Below, in pieces: positions 50,422 through 63,360 of a DNA stretch of 64,000 nt. Below the pieces are notes generated by a model. It was not told the DNA's origin. It made no database searches and saw only the letters and a program-made list of their open reading frames with translations. The translations under genes and the position numbers were made by a program. Origin of the DNA: Podarcis tiliguerta. Its lineage: Eukaryota. The stretch lies in the NCBI GenBank assembly GCA_965153285.1, contig OZ229114.1; one strand, written 5' to 3'. Within the stretch, counting starts at the first letter, position 1. Every line of letters starts with the position of its first letter.

Positions 50422-51475
50422 GTCAGTTGTGGGATTGGTAGTGATACCAAAGTATGACATTAGGCAGAGGGCAACTGGAGGTGGCTTTGCCGAAATGGCC
50501 TCAACCAAACGGGGGAGGCCTGGTGGGCTTAATTATCCACTCCTTGTCTATAGCAGTGGCTCCCCAGTTTCAGACCATTCCCTCCCTGCCCTACCTGCAG
50601 ATGTTGAGGGTTAAACTTGGCATGCAAAACATATGCTGTATAATCCAGCCCTTCCCAGATACCTGTTCTATCAAATCTTGGCACAGTTTAAAAAATGGAT
50701 TGTGCCCAGACTTTGCATGAGTGGGATGCTGCTTGCACAGTGCGGTTTTTCATCCTCTCCCCTCTGGCAGGACAGCTGTGGAACTAAGTGTTGTGGGCTG
50801 CAATGGGAGATGGAATCATAGGAAATTGGACAGAGACCACTTGCCTAATGCGGAGCCGGAAGGCCACTCGTTGTAGTCAGGATACAACACATAGTTAATA
50901 CCAAAAATGTGGAAGTGCCTTGTGCAGGCTGCTTAAATAATAGGGGCCTGCAAATCTTTTACTTTTAATGATGGCTTGTGGTTGCCCCACATGAAGCAAG
51001 AGTCCTTCCTTTCTCTTCTTTTCACTTATTGAACAAAACATGGGCAGGAAGAATTTGTCTTACTTCAGGTTGGGAGGCAGAGATGGACAGCAAGGGAGTC
51101 TCACTATTTCGAGTGTCTCCAAATCCTGGTGTAAAGTGGAAAATTAACCTCTTCCCCTTCTCTCAAGTCCTCTGCATTTGCCAGAGGACTCAGGAGGGTT
51201 GGGTAAATGGTGACTACAAAAAATCAGAGCCAGCCAAAAGGTGGATCCTTTCTTTAAAAACAAAAAACTTCTGCCCAGGTTTAGCAACATTTGCTTTACA
51301 TTTTTTTAATAAAAAAAATGGCTATACAGTATAGTTAATTTTGTAATATGGTAATTCTCACCTCTGTGTTCAAAACTAACGCTAGATGGCTAATTCTCGG
51401 GGAACAACACTGTGTGGTGATTACATTCTCAGCCCACATATAAAACTTCTTCAATGGTGATTTTTGCATGAACAG

Positions 51476-51596
51476 GGCCTTACAGCAGTGGACATTACAG
51501 ATGACTCTAGCATGATCGTTGGAGGCTTTGCTGACTCCACTGTCAGAGTGTGGTCTGTGACACCCAAAAAGCTACGCAGTGTGAAATCAGCAGCAG
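51476..51596 (+). CDS. TAF5: TAF5 exon 6 (WD40)
   Basis: GLTAVDITDDSSMIVGGFADSTVRVWSVTPKKLRSVKSAA. Confidence 0.95.
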
Positions 51597-52369
51597 GTAA
51601 TCAGAATGAACTCTCGTCCTAATTTACACACTAACTGTTCAGATAGAGGATCACATGGAGGAAGGTTGCTCAGTTTAAATCCTTCCTTTGGAATAGCAAT
51701 CCTGAGCTAATGAAATGAAATTATTTTGCCTTAATGCATCACAGCTTTAGCATTCATATTTATTTAACTGCTGACAATAGAACCTACCCAAATTAAGACA
51801 AATTGTTTTTGCATATAACTACTGACATCAGGGGGAAAACTATACATAAGGATCAATGCTCTATTTAGGGAAGATGTTGTGATACTTTGGAAATGAGGCA
51901 ATGTTTATTTTGTGTTATTGTACTTCCTTATTGTAGAGTACTGTGTTTTTGCTAAGGAAGATATGCTAATGCAGAGATTTTAAAAATCAAGTGGTTTCAG
52001 GAATGGAGCAGAAAATACAATTGAAAGTGTTCAGGCCTGTCAGCCTAGCAAAATGGTTGCCAGTGGTACTCTGGTAGAAGCATCACAGATTTCAGATTTC
52101 AGTGAAGGCCTTTCCCAACCAGATGCCCATCAGATATTTGGCACTGTAGCTTGCTTCAGGCATAGCCAGCACATCTCTGTTGGCTGGAGCTGATGGAGGT
52201 TATAGACAAACACATTTTGAGGGCATCTTGGTCTGTATCATTGAAATTGACAGAAAATCATGATTTAGGCCATGGTGGTATTCTGATACAATCAAAAAGG
52301 CATTTGCACTTTGGCAAGCACTACTGGCGATCTACATGAAGATAAACTTTAGGGTTTTTTTCTTTTCAG

Positions 52370-52499
52370 ATCTCAGTCTCATAGATAAAGAATCAGATGA
52401 TGTTTTAGAAAGGATCATGGATGAGAGAACAGCAAGTGAGTTGAAGATTTTATATGGTCACAGTGGACCTGTCTATGGTACCAGCTTCAGTCCTGATAG
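52370..52499 (+). CDS. TAF5: TAF5 exon 7
   Basis: DLSLIDKESDDVLERIMDERTASELKILYGHSGPVYGTSFSPDR. Confidence 0.95.
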
Positions 52500-53224
52500 G
52501 TAAAACAATAGTTATTTGTGGGGGGATCTCTTAATACAGTATTCTTTAAGCAGAGTATCCACACTTACAAAAAGTATTTTTCTGGAGACTTTTGTACAAT
52601 TTGAGTCTACCACCTCAGGATAGATGAATGAGACCTGATCCCATGGACTATGCAATTTATGTTGAGCATCAGAAGGAACCTCATGAGCTAGAAGCCTCAA
52701 ACTGCTACAGGCGGTGGCCATTTTAGGCATGTCCAGTTAACATGTGATTGCCGACATATGAGTCCTTTTGGACCTGGAAGAGAACGGAACGAGAGGTGTG
52801 GCATGCTTATGTACACTCAACCAAAGCATGCAGAGGCCAGGAACAGAACCCCCACATGAAATGTTCCGTCTGTACTAGCATATTTTTAATCTGAAGGTCC
52901 CATCCTTCAGATGAGCTATGTACAATATCAAAAAGCTTAGAATTGAAACAGTACTGCACAATTGTTGTTTACAAAAGTGCAGTGGGTTAAGCCAATGTCC
53001 ACTTAATATCTATGAATCTCAAAGCCACCTCTAGCTATAGTCTCTGAAATGTTTTTGTGTATTGGACAATGAAATATATAACTGTCAAAATAATGGTTTT
53101 ATTTCTTTAAAGCATGATCAAGTTTATTAGATGCAGGAGGCTTTTCACATATTTTAAACTAGTAAATTATATATGGGGCAATAGACATGCACATGAATAG
53201 ATGAGTGTTCTATATTTCATATTA

Positions 53225-53541
53225 CAGTGGTGCCCCGCAAGACGGAAAACCCGCAAGACGAAAGGGTTTTCCGTTTTCAGAGGCACTTCGCAAGACGAAT
53301 TTCCCTATGGGCTTGCTTTTTGAGTTTTTTTTCCGCTCCAAAACCCCTTTTTCTGAAGTGCTAAGCTGCTAATAGCCTTTTAGCAGCTAAACCACTAATC
53401 CCTTAAGCCTTAAAAAGCCGTTAATAGCCCTTAAACTGCCAATAGCGCTAATCCGCTAATGGGCTTGCTTCGCAAGACGAAAAAACCACAAGACGAAAAG
53501 ACTCGCGGAACGGATTCTTTTCGTCTTGCGAGGCACCACTG
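53225..53541. mobile_element. Tc1/mariner MITE, family B
   Basis: TIRs CAGTGGTGCCCCGCAAGACG / CGTCTTGCGAGGCACCACTG, TA flanks, internal CAAGACG repeats. Confidence 0.85.
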
Positions 53542-54110
53542 TATATCACTGTTTTAAAAATATTGTATGGAAAACATGAATATGAAATAACTTCTAAGAA
53601 ACAAGGGGGATAACATTCTGAGGAGCATGTTTTAAAGTGGGCAGCATCCCATGTTGCGTGAGTGGACTTGAACTCATGTAATTGGGCTTCAGCTACCTTA
53701 CCCTTCCCTCCAAAACCCCTCCATCATCTCTGGACAATGCTGTAATACTCCAGAGCAATTTGAGGGTGTGTGGAGGGTGGGGGCTACAGGCAATGTTGGA
53801 TACAACCTAGTAGTTTATAATTTTGAGGTTATATTGTTAAATTTTAATTCTTAAAAACAAATCAGGCGTCAGCCAAACATCAAACAGTAACCAATCAGTG
53901 TGATGGGCTAAGAGGATGTAAATGTAAGAAATCCTTAGTTCCTATGTCATCTCAGCTGTGATCTTATTCTTTTAGCTTCTTAAATGCAAATTGGGGATAA
54001 TACTCTCCTGAAGTGTATTAAAAGCTTTGATGTCTTGAAATGTGTTATTGAGGGGTTTAAGACTGAGTATAGCTTAAAAAATACCTTTTCTGATTTATTT
54101 TTTCTGTCAG

Positions 54111-54275
54111 GAACTACTTGCTATCATCTTCAGAGGATGGCACTATCAGACTGTGGAGCCTCTTAACCTTTTCTTGTCTAGTCGGATACAAAGGACACAA
54201 CTACCCTATATGGGATACACAGTTCTCTCCCTATGGATATTACTTTATATCTGGAGGTCATGACAGAGTGGCTCG
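54111..54275 (+). CDS. TAF5: TAF5 exon 8 (WD40)
   Basis: NYLLSSSEDGTIRLWSLLTFSCLVGYKGHNYPIWDTQFSPYGYYFISGGHDRVAR. Confidence 0.95.
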
Positions 54276-54786
54276 GTAAGTCAGCATGAGTTTCCCATCT
54301 CAATGTAAATCTGCAGTTCTGTCTTGTCAGTTGGTGACATCTCCTTGTTGCTGTCTGCTATATTTTAGGGCAAGGGTAGGGAACCTCTAACCCAAAGGCC
54401 AATCTTGGCCTGCAAGGTCCTTTCCCCTGAACAACACCCACTTGTATCTCAACAGATATCAGTGGGTGATGTCAGCTGATGAAGGGGGGGCAGGGTTCAA
54501 TCCTGCAAGGATCTATTTTGCCACCGTGTTCCCTGTGGGGAACATGCTGGTGAAGCAGACTCCTTCAGCCAGTAGGACTGAACTCTTTACTTATCAGTTG
54601 GTGAATGGAGAGTTCAGTCCTTATAGTTGTTGCTTTGCCAGTATGTTCCCAGCAGAATGGCACTGGTGAAGGAGACCCCTCCCCCTGCCTCAGATTAACT
54701 TTGATAGGTGAACCCACCTATCAGTCACCTGACATTAGATGATTGATGCCAAAGTTAACTTATTTTGTATATGGTATACGACCCTT

Positions 54787-55031
54787 CTCTTGCCAACCTA
54801 GCAGTTCAGAAGCACATCAAAGTGCAAGTAGATAAATAGGTACTACTCCGGTGGGAAGGTAAACGGTGTTTCCGTGCACTGCTCTGATTTGCCAGAAGCG
54901 GCTTAGTCATGCTGGCCACATGACCTGGAAGCTGTACGCCGGCTCCCTTGGCCAATAAAGCGAGATGAGCGCCGCAATCCCAGAGTTGGTCACGACTGGA
55001 CCTAACGGTCAGGGGTCCCTTTACCTTTGCC
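54787..55031 (+). mobile_element. Sauria-type SINE, 5' truncated, with 12-bp target-site duplication
   Basis: TSD TATACGACCCTT at 54775-54786 and 55032-55043. Confidence 0.85.
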
Positions 55032-55401
55032 TATACGACCCTTATATAAGACGACCCCTACTTTTTTGAACCCAAAATTAAGACATCAGGTTTTCGGGAG
55101 GACAAAATGCAAAAAAACCACACCCCATTGCAGGTCTGGCCTGCTGTGCCAAAAAGGTACCTCATCCCTGTTCTAGGATATATCCTATAAGACATTTGAC
55201 TAAAAATAGTACTAATTGCCATTTAGGGTTTTTTATACTAGAGGGAGAATTAAATTTGCCCCCCCGCCCCATCTCTCTTGACTCTTCAGCTTAGTTTGGA
55301 GGCACTTGTGAAGCACACATTCCCTTGCCGTCAGGACATCAGCAGTCTTGTTATGTATTTCTTGTTTCGCGTTTTTGAAATGTTCTTTGTACTGGTTTAA
55401 G

Positions 55402-55579
55402 CTTGTGGGCTACGGATCACTATCAGCCTTTGCGGATCTTTGCTGGCCATCTTGCTGATGTCACATCAACGCGTTTTCACCCAAACTCGAACTACGTTGC
55501 TACAGGCTCAGCAGATAGGACTGTGCGGCTGTGGGATGTCCTGAATGGGAATTGTGTCAGAATTTTCACAGGACATAAG
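55402..55579 (+). CDS. TAF5: TAF5 exon 9 (WD40)
   Basis: LWATDHYQPLRIFAGHLADV...VRIFTGHK; acceptor is AAG. Confidence 0.93.
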
Positions 55580-55998
55580 GTAAATTAATGTGAGATTAAC
55601 ACTGAAATACATTAGTTGCACAAAAATGGTAACAGGAGATGGCTGAAACCTTTACACACAGTACTAGAAATTAGTTAAAAACTGACCTGTTGTTCAAAGT
55701 TTCCTTTTGAATAGATACTGTTTCTCCATAGGACCACAACCTATCTTATAACTTCCCACTGGGAAGTAAGAGGTCACCTCAGAAGAGGTGGTGCAGAGTG
55801 CTCTGAAATGACATTATTTATTTGAAGGGTGCTTGCTAAGTAAAACAAGGCATACTGTTGACGGTTTTGTTTTTGGATTTTATATATAGGATTTTCTGTA
55901 GCTTTGAATTGTTATCATTTCTAGTGTAATTTACCTTGAGGCTTCTTGTAGAAGGTGATGCATAAGTGTTGTTGTTAATAGGCTTATTTTTGTTCCAG

Positions 55999-56176
55999 GG
56001 ACCAGTTCATTCATTGGCATTTTCTCCTAACGGAAGATTCTTGGCAACTGGGGCAACAGATGGAAGAGTGCTTTTGTGGGATATTGGGCATGGTTTGATG
56101 GTTGGAGAATTAAAAGGACACACAGACACAGTCTACACACTCAGATTCAGTAGAGATGGAGAGATCTTAGCATCAG
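55999..56176 (+). CDS. TAF5: TAF5 exon 10 (WD40)
   Basis: GPVHSLAFSPNGRFLATGATDGRVLLWD...DGEILAS. Confidence 0.95.
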
Positions 56177-57262
56177 GTATTGAAGTCAATTTTGCTCTGT
56201 TTAGTGGAACAATACTATCATCTGGAATCATAGACTTGTCTCTATTTTGACATCTCAGTCTTCCATTTAGTGAGCAATTGTTAAAGCATATTCATTTAAT
56301 ACTTTAATTTGCTAGCATTGTCTGTTAACTAGAAAAACTGAACCTAAAGGACAAGATGGTGCCACACCCAACTTTCCATGTATAGAAGCAGACATGACTT
56401 GCAAATGGTGAGGGGAGGTATCGTGTATGCACCTGTGGGAAGCCAGATAGCTTGGGGGCTGCAGGAGAGGCCGCATGGCGCACAGCTTTGTCCATAAACA
56501 CACTGCTTCTACACTGCATCCCCCAGCATCCACCACCTGAGGCTAATAGGCCAGGCCCGAACTTCCTTTTATGCAATTATATACCTTTTGAAGCAAAGCT
56601 ACTATTTATGTATTTACCAAAGTGGGCATGCTAAATTCGAGCAGGCTTTGCAGAATACTTTAAATATTTTCCCCCTCAGAATTTGGCTTTTTTTTTTTAA
56701 CCTATTATGAACAAGGAGTGGGTCTTTTTGAAAAAGTAAATGGGTTTAGAAGTTTTGCCTTCCTGCTTATTCATGCTCCCCCACTGTAATTTTATTAGCA
56801 TCAGCCCCCAATCTATCCAGTGAAGGGGTTTCATACTATATAATACAAATATAACATAATTATAATTCCATTTATTTTTTAGTATTACAAGGGTTTCAGC
56901 TTGTATCTTTTAAACTATAAATTGTGAGAGTGGGACCTGCATTTCTGTCCTGTTACCAGAATTTTAGAAACATTGGGTCATATTCTACAGAGTCCATGCA
57001 TGAGTGAAATGGGTTCCGACTCATGCATTAGGACTTCCTCTCCTCCCTGCAAGCAGGTTGAAGGATCTTTGGAAAGGCTTTATCTTTGAAAGGCTATTAA
57101 CTACTACAGAGTACTTAGCAGTAAATATAAGAAGTGATTAGTAGTTTTGTAGATCCTCAGCTTGACAAATGGGTTGTGGTGTATAGCAGAAGTTTTTTCT
57201 TTATATTCAGAATTAAATGTTATGTCCTGTTAAATTAGAAGAGTTGTTTTCATTTTTCCTAG

Positions 57263-57480
57263 GTTCCATGGATAACACAGTAAAGCTATGGGATGCTGTG
57301 AAAGCCTTTGAGGACTTAGAAACAGATGATTTTACCACAGCCACTGGACATATAAACCTGCCTGAAAGCTCTCAAGACTTGCTGTTGGGTACATACATGT
57401 CCAAATCGACCCCTGTCACACATCTTCATTTTACCCGCAGAAATTTGCTTCTTGCCGCTGGAGCATACAGTCCTCAGTGA
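57263..57480 (+). CDS. TAF5: TAF5 exon 11 (stop TGA)
   Basis: GSMDNTVKLWD...HLHFTRRNLLLAAGAYSPQ*; total CDS 2415 nt = 804 aa. Confidence 0.95.
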
Positions 57481-58412
57481 ACTACCAAACTACAAGACTT
57501 GATTGTACAAGTCTCATGTATATCTTAGAATAACTTGAATTAATGAAGACCACAATGTACATATTATACAAATGAACTGAACTTGTCTGCCAGAACAAAT
57601 GGTGCAAACTGATGATGATTCAAGCCACACCTTCAGAAACTGCTATTTTAAACCCCACCCCAACCCCAGTGTTAGTGCTGAGACACTGACATCATAAAAA
57701 TAGGGGAAGAAACATATAATGTGGTATGGCTTTTTAAAAGAAGTAAACAGTATGTGGGAATACCTTGCTTAACCTTGTCCACAAAATGACAACAGGCACT
57801 ACAAAACTGTAGTGCCAGTTGCATAAAGCAAAGTTGTTTGAACAACAATTTAAAAGCACTTAGTTTGGCATTAACACAGGTTTAATAAGTACCCAAAATT
57901 TTCTTTCGGAATAAGGCTTGTTCATATAAGTTCTTCAAGAGTGGAATTTGTCTCTATGGAGCTGTTACTTCTTTATAAAGCTGTGAAGAGGCCTAAGTAG
58001 TTATCTGACTTATGTGAGTAACCTAGTTTCTTCAAAGCTGAAAAGCACAAATTGAACAAGATTGAACATTTCTAAAACTTCAATTACCAGTAAGCGGCAT
58101 TTTAGGAAACGCAAACAGTACTTGAAACCTTTAAAACTGAATTTTTGCGTTCCTAACTATTTTGGATACAAAAAGTAGACCAACCTCCCACCACAAGAAT
58201 CTTGATTCATCCCCCCTTAAGTATTTGCCAGGGGGAGAAATACTTTTTGAGCCCTTTCTATAATGACAAAGCATAAGTGTCATTTATGCTTTCTGTGAAA
58301 AATTGTGCCACAGCTATACACAATTTGTTGAAAACTAGTATGGATCCATTAGTTTAAAAACATACTGCCATGGTTTTGCATTATGTACAGTTTTATACTT
58401 TTGATATTTTAT

Positions 58413-58418
58413 AATAAA
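58413..58418 (+). terminator. TAF5 polyadenylation signal
   Basis: AATAAA with upstream TGTA and U-rich tract, and downstream GT/T-rich element. Confidence 0.65.
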
Positions 58419-59897
58419 ATCTATTTTGTGCCTGTCTTTCAGTTTCATTTGCTCACAAGGGCCTTGTTTTTACCCGTCTGAACCTATATTCTGTAGTTCC
58501 AGCAAAAGCAAGCCCTTGTACTACAAGCTTTTATCTTCAAAGACAAAGCAAATGAGAGAATCATTATTTTAAAGGGAAAAAAGTGAGGCTGTTAAATACT
58601 ACTTGTGGAAGATTTCCACTTACATAATTCCAGAAATGCTTTGTCAAGTTTACAACTGGATTTTTAAAAGGGTTGTACGTATAGAAATCAGTGTTTCAGG
58701 GAAGCCAGTTAGTCACATCTTTAAAATGGGGGTGGGGAACCACAGGCCTGAAAGCCAAATGCAGTCACCTGGGCCTCTCTGCTTGGCCTTTGCAAGTCTT
58801 CTCAGGCCACAAGCCTACCGCAGCCATATTCTAGTGGCTGTGCTTTGTACTCTTGAACAATGCCTCTTTTGATTCCCTGGATGGAGGCTAGAGGGATGTG
58901 TGTAGAAATTAGCAAACTGTACAAAAGTAAAAATTGCATTCTTTGACCCTGCTCACTACTAGCCTCTAGGTGACTGATCAGAACATTTGTCCATCAGAAG
59001 GGGCCTGCAGGTCACTGGAAGTACATCATCTGGGATGAAATGTATATGCAGCATCATAAAGGATGTTTCCTAAGAGGCAAACTGCAGAAAGTGGTGGAAT
59101 TTAGGCCTGGTTTGAGTCTCAACACTAAATTATGTTTTTGCACTACATAAATAAGCAAGCCACTTCCTGCAGGACTGCAAGATTAGAAGCTTCCCTTTCT
59201 GCTTTCAATTTAATTACAGGTACTGTTACATTTGAAGCCTAAACAGTAGTTAATCTTTGCTATGGATTGGTGAATGACCAGTTCATAAACCATAGTTAAG
59301 ACTGCCCATTTTGTCTCCATTTGGACATAATAAACCACAACTGGTTAAAAGCAAGTGAAAGCTTTGTTATCCCACAATGGATGCAACCCACGATCCCAAT
59401 TACCTATCTGCATTTCACTTTGGGTTGAATTAAGGCTGTGCAGAGTGGTGCAGACACATATTTGCTCAGAAATAAGATCAGTCAAGTAGTCTTAACACCT
59501 ATCATTCAGCATTATCCTCAATGTAAAAGCAGCCCTGCCAGATCATTGAATTCCGTATGTTGACGAATGCCTGTAACAGGTTATATTAACATTTAGTATT
59601 AGTGCCATACTCTGCTCAGCACCATCCACATGTTTAAGACACAGGAAATAGGATCATGTTTGTTCCTCTCTTACTACAAATGGAACACAAATGGTTGTAA
59701 TGAAAGCCATAATTTACTTTTGGAACAGAATGCAGTGTAACATTTATCCCAGAGATACAGTAATGCCTGAGGATGTATCCATCATTTCTCAGCACAGATT
59801 GAAAGGGCTCCTTAACTGAATTGTACACACTAGAACTCTGCACGCTGTTTATATGTAGGACCGTCACTTCTGTAGTGACAATGTGTACAGATGACAA

Positions 59898-59980
59898 ACT
59901 TCATCACTGTTCATGATTTATTGAAGTGTACATCAATGTCTAGTTATATTACGTGAATGGTCCAGTGTCAACATGTCAAC
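59898..59980 (-). other. ATP5MK: ATP5MK non-coding terminal exon with poly(A) signal (AATAAA 59917-59922)
   Basis: gtttatttttttgacag acceptor followed by TGTA and AATAAA; 3' end approximate. Confidence 0.7.
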
Positions 59981-60794
59981 CTGTCAAAAAAATAAACATC
60001 ATTCAGTTACTACATCTTGCACAACTTCTATTTATTAACACACAGTGGCAGTATTTTGCCCAAACCAGGAAAATTCATATACTGGCTTGTTCTGAAGCCA
60101 TTAACCAGTTTCCTGGCTCATACAAAATGGGAAATTACAGTTAACAGAAGACTTCCTGGTTGGTTTGCTGGCTCACACATTTAAGGCTTATTAAGCAGAT
60201 ATATGATCATACAAATGGGGATACACTGCTGACATGAAATAACATGCTATTTAGTTGGGCGGAACTTAAAGGTATACTCACAACTGGATGTCAAGAGGGT
60301 ATGAAAGCAACCACTTCCCCTTATTTCTGCATTTAGATACTCTTGCCATGCCACTCAGTGAAGAACTGAGTGACATAAAATAGGATAAAAATGCACATGC
60401 TGAGCAATTGCTGCTATCTGAACTATCAACTTTTCCTTAGCCAACTCTATTAAGACATCTATGAAATTTAAACTCATGGCAAACATCCCAGGTTTCAAAA
60501 ACAAGCAAATTAACCTTGCATATCCTGTATCAAAATTCTGGTACTATGCATCTGCTCCTGGTGTTTGATTAGCTGAAGAACAGAGTGTTACACAAATTCA
60601 AGATCACTACACTTTGTTATGCCATTTAAGAAAGCCCTTCTATGTTCAAGTTGAGATTAGAGAGACAGCAACATATGATAACAACATTCCTGGTAAGAAA
60701 TAACTTCATTCATGTTGATACAGAGATTTACCTGGATTTCTGGAGGTTTTAAGCCCTACTGGCATCAGTAAAATATGGCAGACACTTACCCATC

Positions 60795-60887
60795 TTATTT
60801 CTGTGTCACGGCTGGAGTTTGCTTCTTAGGCCTCAGTTTAAAATACAGGATGATAGCTGCAATCGTTGTATATGTAGCTATAACATA
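60795..60887 (-). CDS. ATP5MK: ATP synthase membrane subunit k, coding exon 2 (transmembrane helix and basic tail)
   Basis: YVIATYTTIAAIILYFKLRPKKQTPAVTQK*; total 59 aa; GTAAGT donor 5 nt after the stop. Confidence 0.92.
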   Translation of the reverse strand, partial: YVIATYTTIAAIILYFKLRPKKQTPAVTQK

Positions 60888-61357
60888 CTAAAGACAGAAA
60901 AGGATATTATTCCTCAGATAAAACACATTTCAAAGGGTTGTTTTTCTGTTATTTAAGTGCAGGAAAGAGAGAAATGGATTATTAAAAGTACCTGAGTTTA
61001 TTAAAGCCCAAATCTGACAGGAAGGCAGGGCTGTCCACCTGTCAAATCACCTAATGTAATAATGTTGTCAGGTGACACCACCTTGGGTGCTAAGACATCA
61101 CCTTCTGAAGTGTGTTCCAAGGAGATTTCATTTAAACTTCTTAGAAACACATTTCAAAGTGAAGGCCACACCACAGGATACCAGAGGCAGGGCAAGTGGT
61201 TTGTGGAATAGAGCCTTGCAAACCAAATTAGGATCCCTGCCAAGCCTAATTCGGTCTGTGTGCCAGAGGTTCCCACCCCACACATTCCCAAATCAATTCA
61301 GGAACTTTTGAGAATCAACTTCTTTGTTTCTTAGCAGTTATTTAACTGGACACTTAC

Positions 61358-61444
61358 ATTTCTTCTGCCTGTCATGGTGTAGGTATTGAAGTATTTATGA
61401 AACCCTGTGAATTGGTGTTGTGACCCAGCATCGTGTCCTGCCAT
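61358..61444 (-). CDS. ATP5MK: ATP synthase membrane subunit k (DAPIT/USMG5), coding exon 1
   Basis: MAGHDAGSQHQFTGFHKYFNTYTMTGRRN; acceptor tctag just before 61455, AAT|GTAAGT donor; not in the ORF track (too short). Confidence 0.92.
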
Positions 61445-62870
61445 CACTATTAGTCCTAGATTTTAAAAAAGGAAGTTAGTACTGAATCTTTTTTTAAAAA
61501 ATCTACAGTATCTTCCAGCCAAAGTAGACCAACTTCATTCCAATTATTTACATTTGAGCATGAAAGCATTAGCTACTAAAACTACATAGGAGGATCTACT
61601 CAAAGCTGTTATTCTGAATTGTTTGCTCCATCTAATACCAATGTATTTTACAGTGCTGACCTTCAAACAATAATGGTTACTTCTGAAGTTAAGAGCGATG
61701 CTTCAATAAACGTAATATGGGCTTGTAAATAATGAATTATTTAGCCACCTGAGCCTCCATAGAGCAGGTTACGGATTTGCCACTATTCACATGCATGGGT
61801 AATAATAATAATAATAGATAACCTAATAAGAGTTGCATGTCCTATTTGTAAGAATGATGTAATCCATAGTTTTAATTGACATTAGAATACTTCATGCAGT
61901 AAATTTATCTTATCGTTCCAGACTACAACTCCTGTACCACCTATACCTGGTTGAGTCAATGACCAACAAGACCAACAACTGTAGTTTCCCACCCCAAGGA
62001 GTCAGGCCATCAATGTCATAGCTAAAGGCATAAGTCTGGGCAGAAAGCACGCACTTTCAAACAGACCTTCAATCACTGTTGTTCAGCAAGAAGTAGAAGG
62101 GAATAGGCACCAACCACTGAAACATTCAAATCAATTCACTGAGGAATACTAGTTAGATCTAGTATAGGAGACCAACTTACCAAATGTTTCTCAACTGTGA
62201 TTAACACAGGTATCTCCTCAACAGGTGGATTGATTTTATACTGCAAATCTGGAAAACAAGGAAAGAGACGGCTCATCCTCTTGCAGATACAGGGACACTA
62301 CGGAGTCATAAGCAAAGCCAACCAGTCTGGTGCTATGCATAACACCAGAACTTCAGAAAAAGGAAACCACTCCGTTTTGCATATTCCCATTGGGATATTT
62401 CACTAACCAGAAAGTTATTTTATGCATCATCGTTTACTACTGAAATAATAGCCTTTAAACAGTTCAAACTGCTCAGTACTTTTCGATCAACATAACCGAA
62501 GCTCCTTTAGACCTCGGCTAGCTATTACCATTGAACTAACTTTAGTTATTTCATATGAACAGCAACATGCGTATAAAGAGTATCAAACGCTAAATTACTC
62601 TATGTACCAACCAATGGCATTCATATCGAGTTTTGAAGACAACACAAAGAATAGAAAATGACAGCCTGGATCCCTCGGCCCGGTCGGAAACAGCAGCACA
62701 AAAATGCTGACCCTTTGGACCTATGCAGGAGCTATTGGCTTACTAAACTGAATTTCAATTGCCATAGCAATCCTTGAAGGTTACTCCTACCAGGGTCTGT
62801 GTGTCACAAGACACTAACAGGACCTCTACCCTTTTTACAGATGCTACTCAAACTTCCCAACAAAATTAAC

Positions 62871-62975
62871 CTTCTGCCGAGCCAAGTCAGCGCCCGCCGC
62901 AGTTATTACCCGCTTTCTCCTCCCGATAACAACCATTCAATGCCCTTCGCGTGCAAGATGGCGTCGCTCAAACAG
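62871..62975 (-). other. ATP5MK: Probable ATP5MK non-coding exon 1
   Basis: CpG-rich; GGCAGAAG|GTTAAT donor; YY1 motif GCCATCTTG near the presumed TSS; 5' end approximate. Confidence 0.5.
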
Positions 62976-63360
62976 CCGTCCTTTCCGCTTGCCTCTGATT
63001 GGCTGAGGCGCGCCGCCCTGACGAGTAAGGCGGCACCGCCTCAGAAAGCTATGGTGTGATTGGGCAATTTGCGTGTTTGTCAAAGTTACCGGATTCCTTG
63101 CGCTCTGTGACGATTAATAAACCGTCCCGCGAGTTCTACCACGGCCCGGTTTCCGTAAAGCCCACTTCCGGTTCCCCTTTGCTGGCCTTCGAATTCGTTT
63201 CCGGGTTACGGAGCAGATGGCGGTTCTCACGCCCCAGGCGTGCCAGTGAGTTGAAGAAGCGTGGGGGACACAAGGTACATAAGCTGAGCTCTCTGGAAAA
63301 GAGGGATAATGACGGAAAGGAGGGTGGCCTAAGGAGAGGGGGCCGAGTCCGGGTAAGCTG
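62940..63360. promoter_or_regulatory. Bidirectional CpG-island promoter of ATP5MK and a + strand gene (PDCD11 expected by synteny; its CDS is not in the window)
   Basis: YY1-like AGATGGCG twice, two ATTGG (CCAAT) boxes, ETS CACTTCCGG; candidate + strand donor GGGTAAG near 63351. Confidence 0.65.

Noticed and set aside
61456-62870. MIR1307 orthologue (hosted by mammalian USMG5/ATP5MK)
   Set aside because: No matching GC-rich hairpin or mature sequence seen in this intron.
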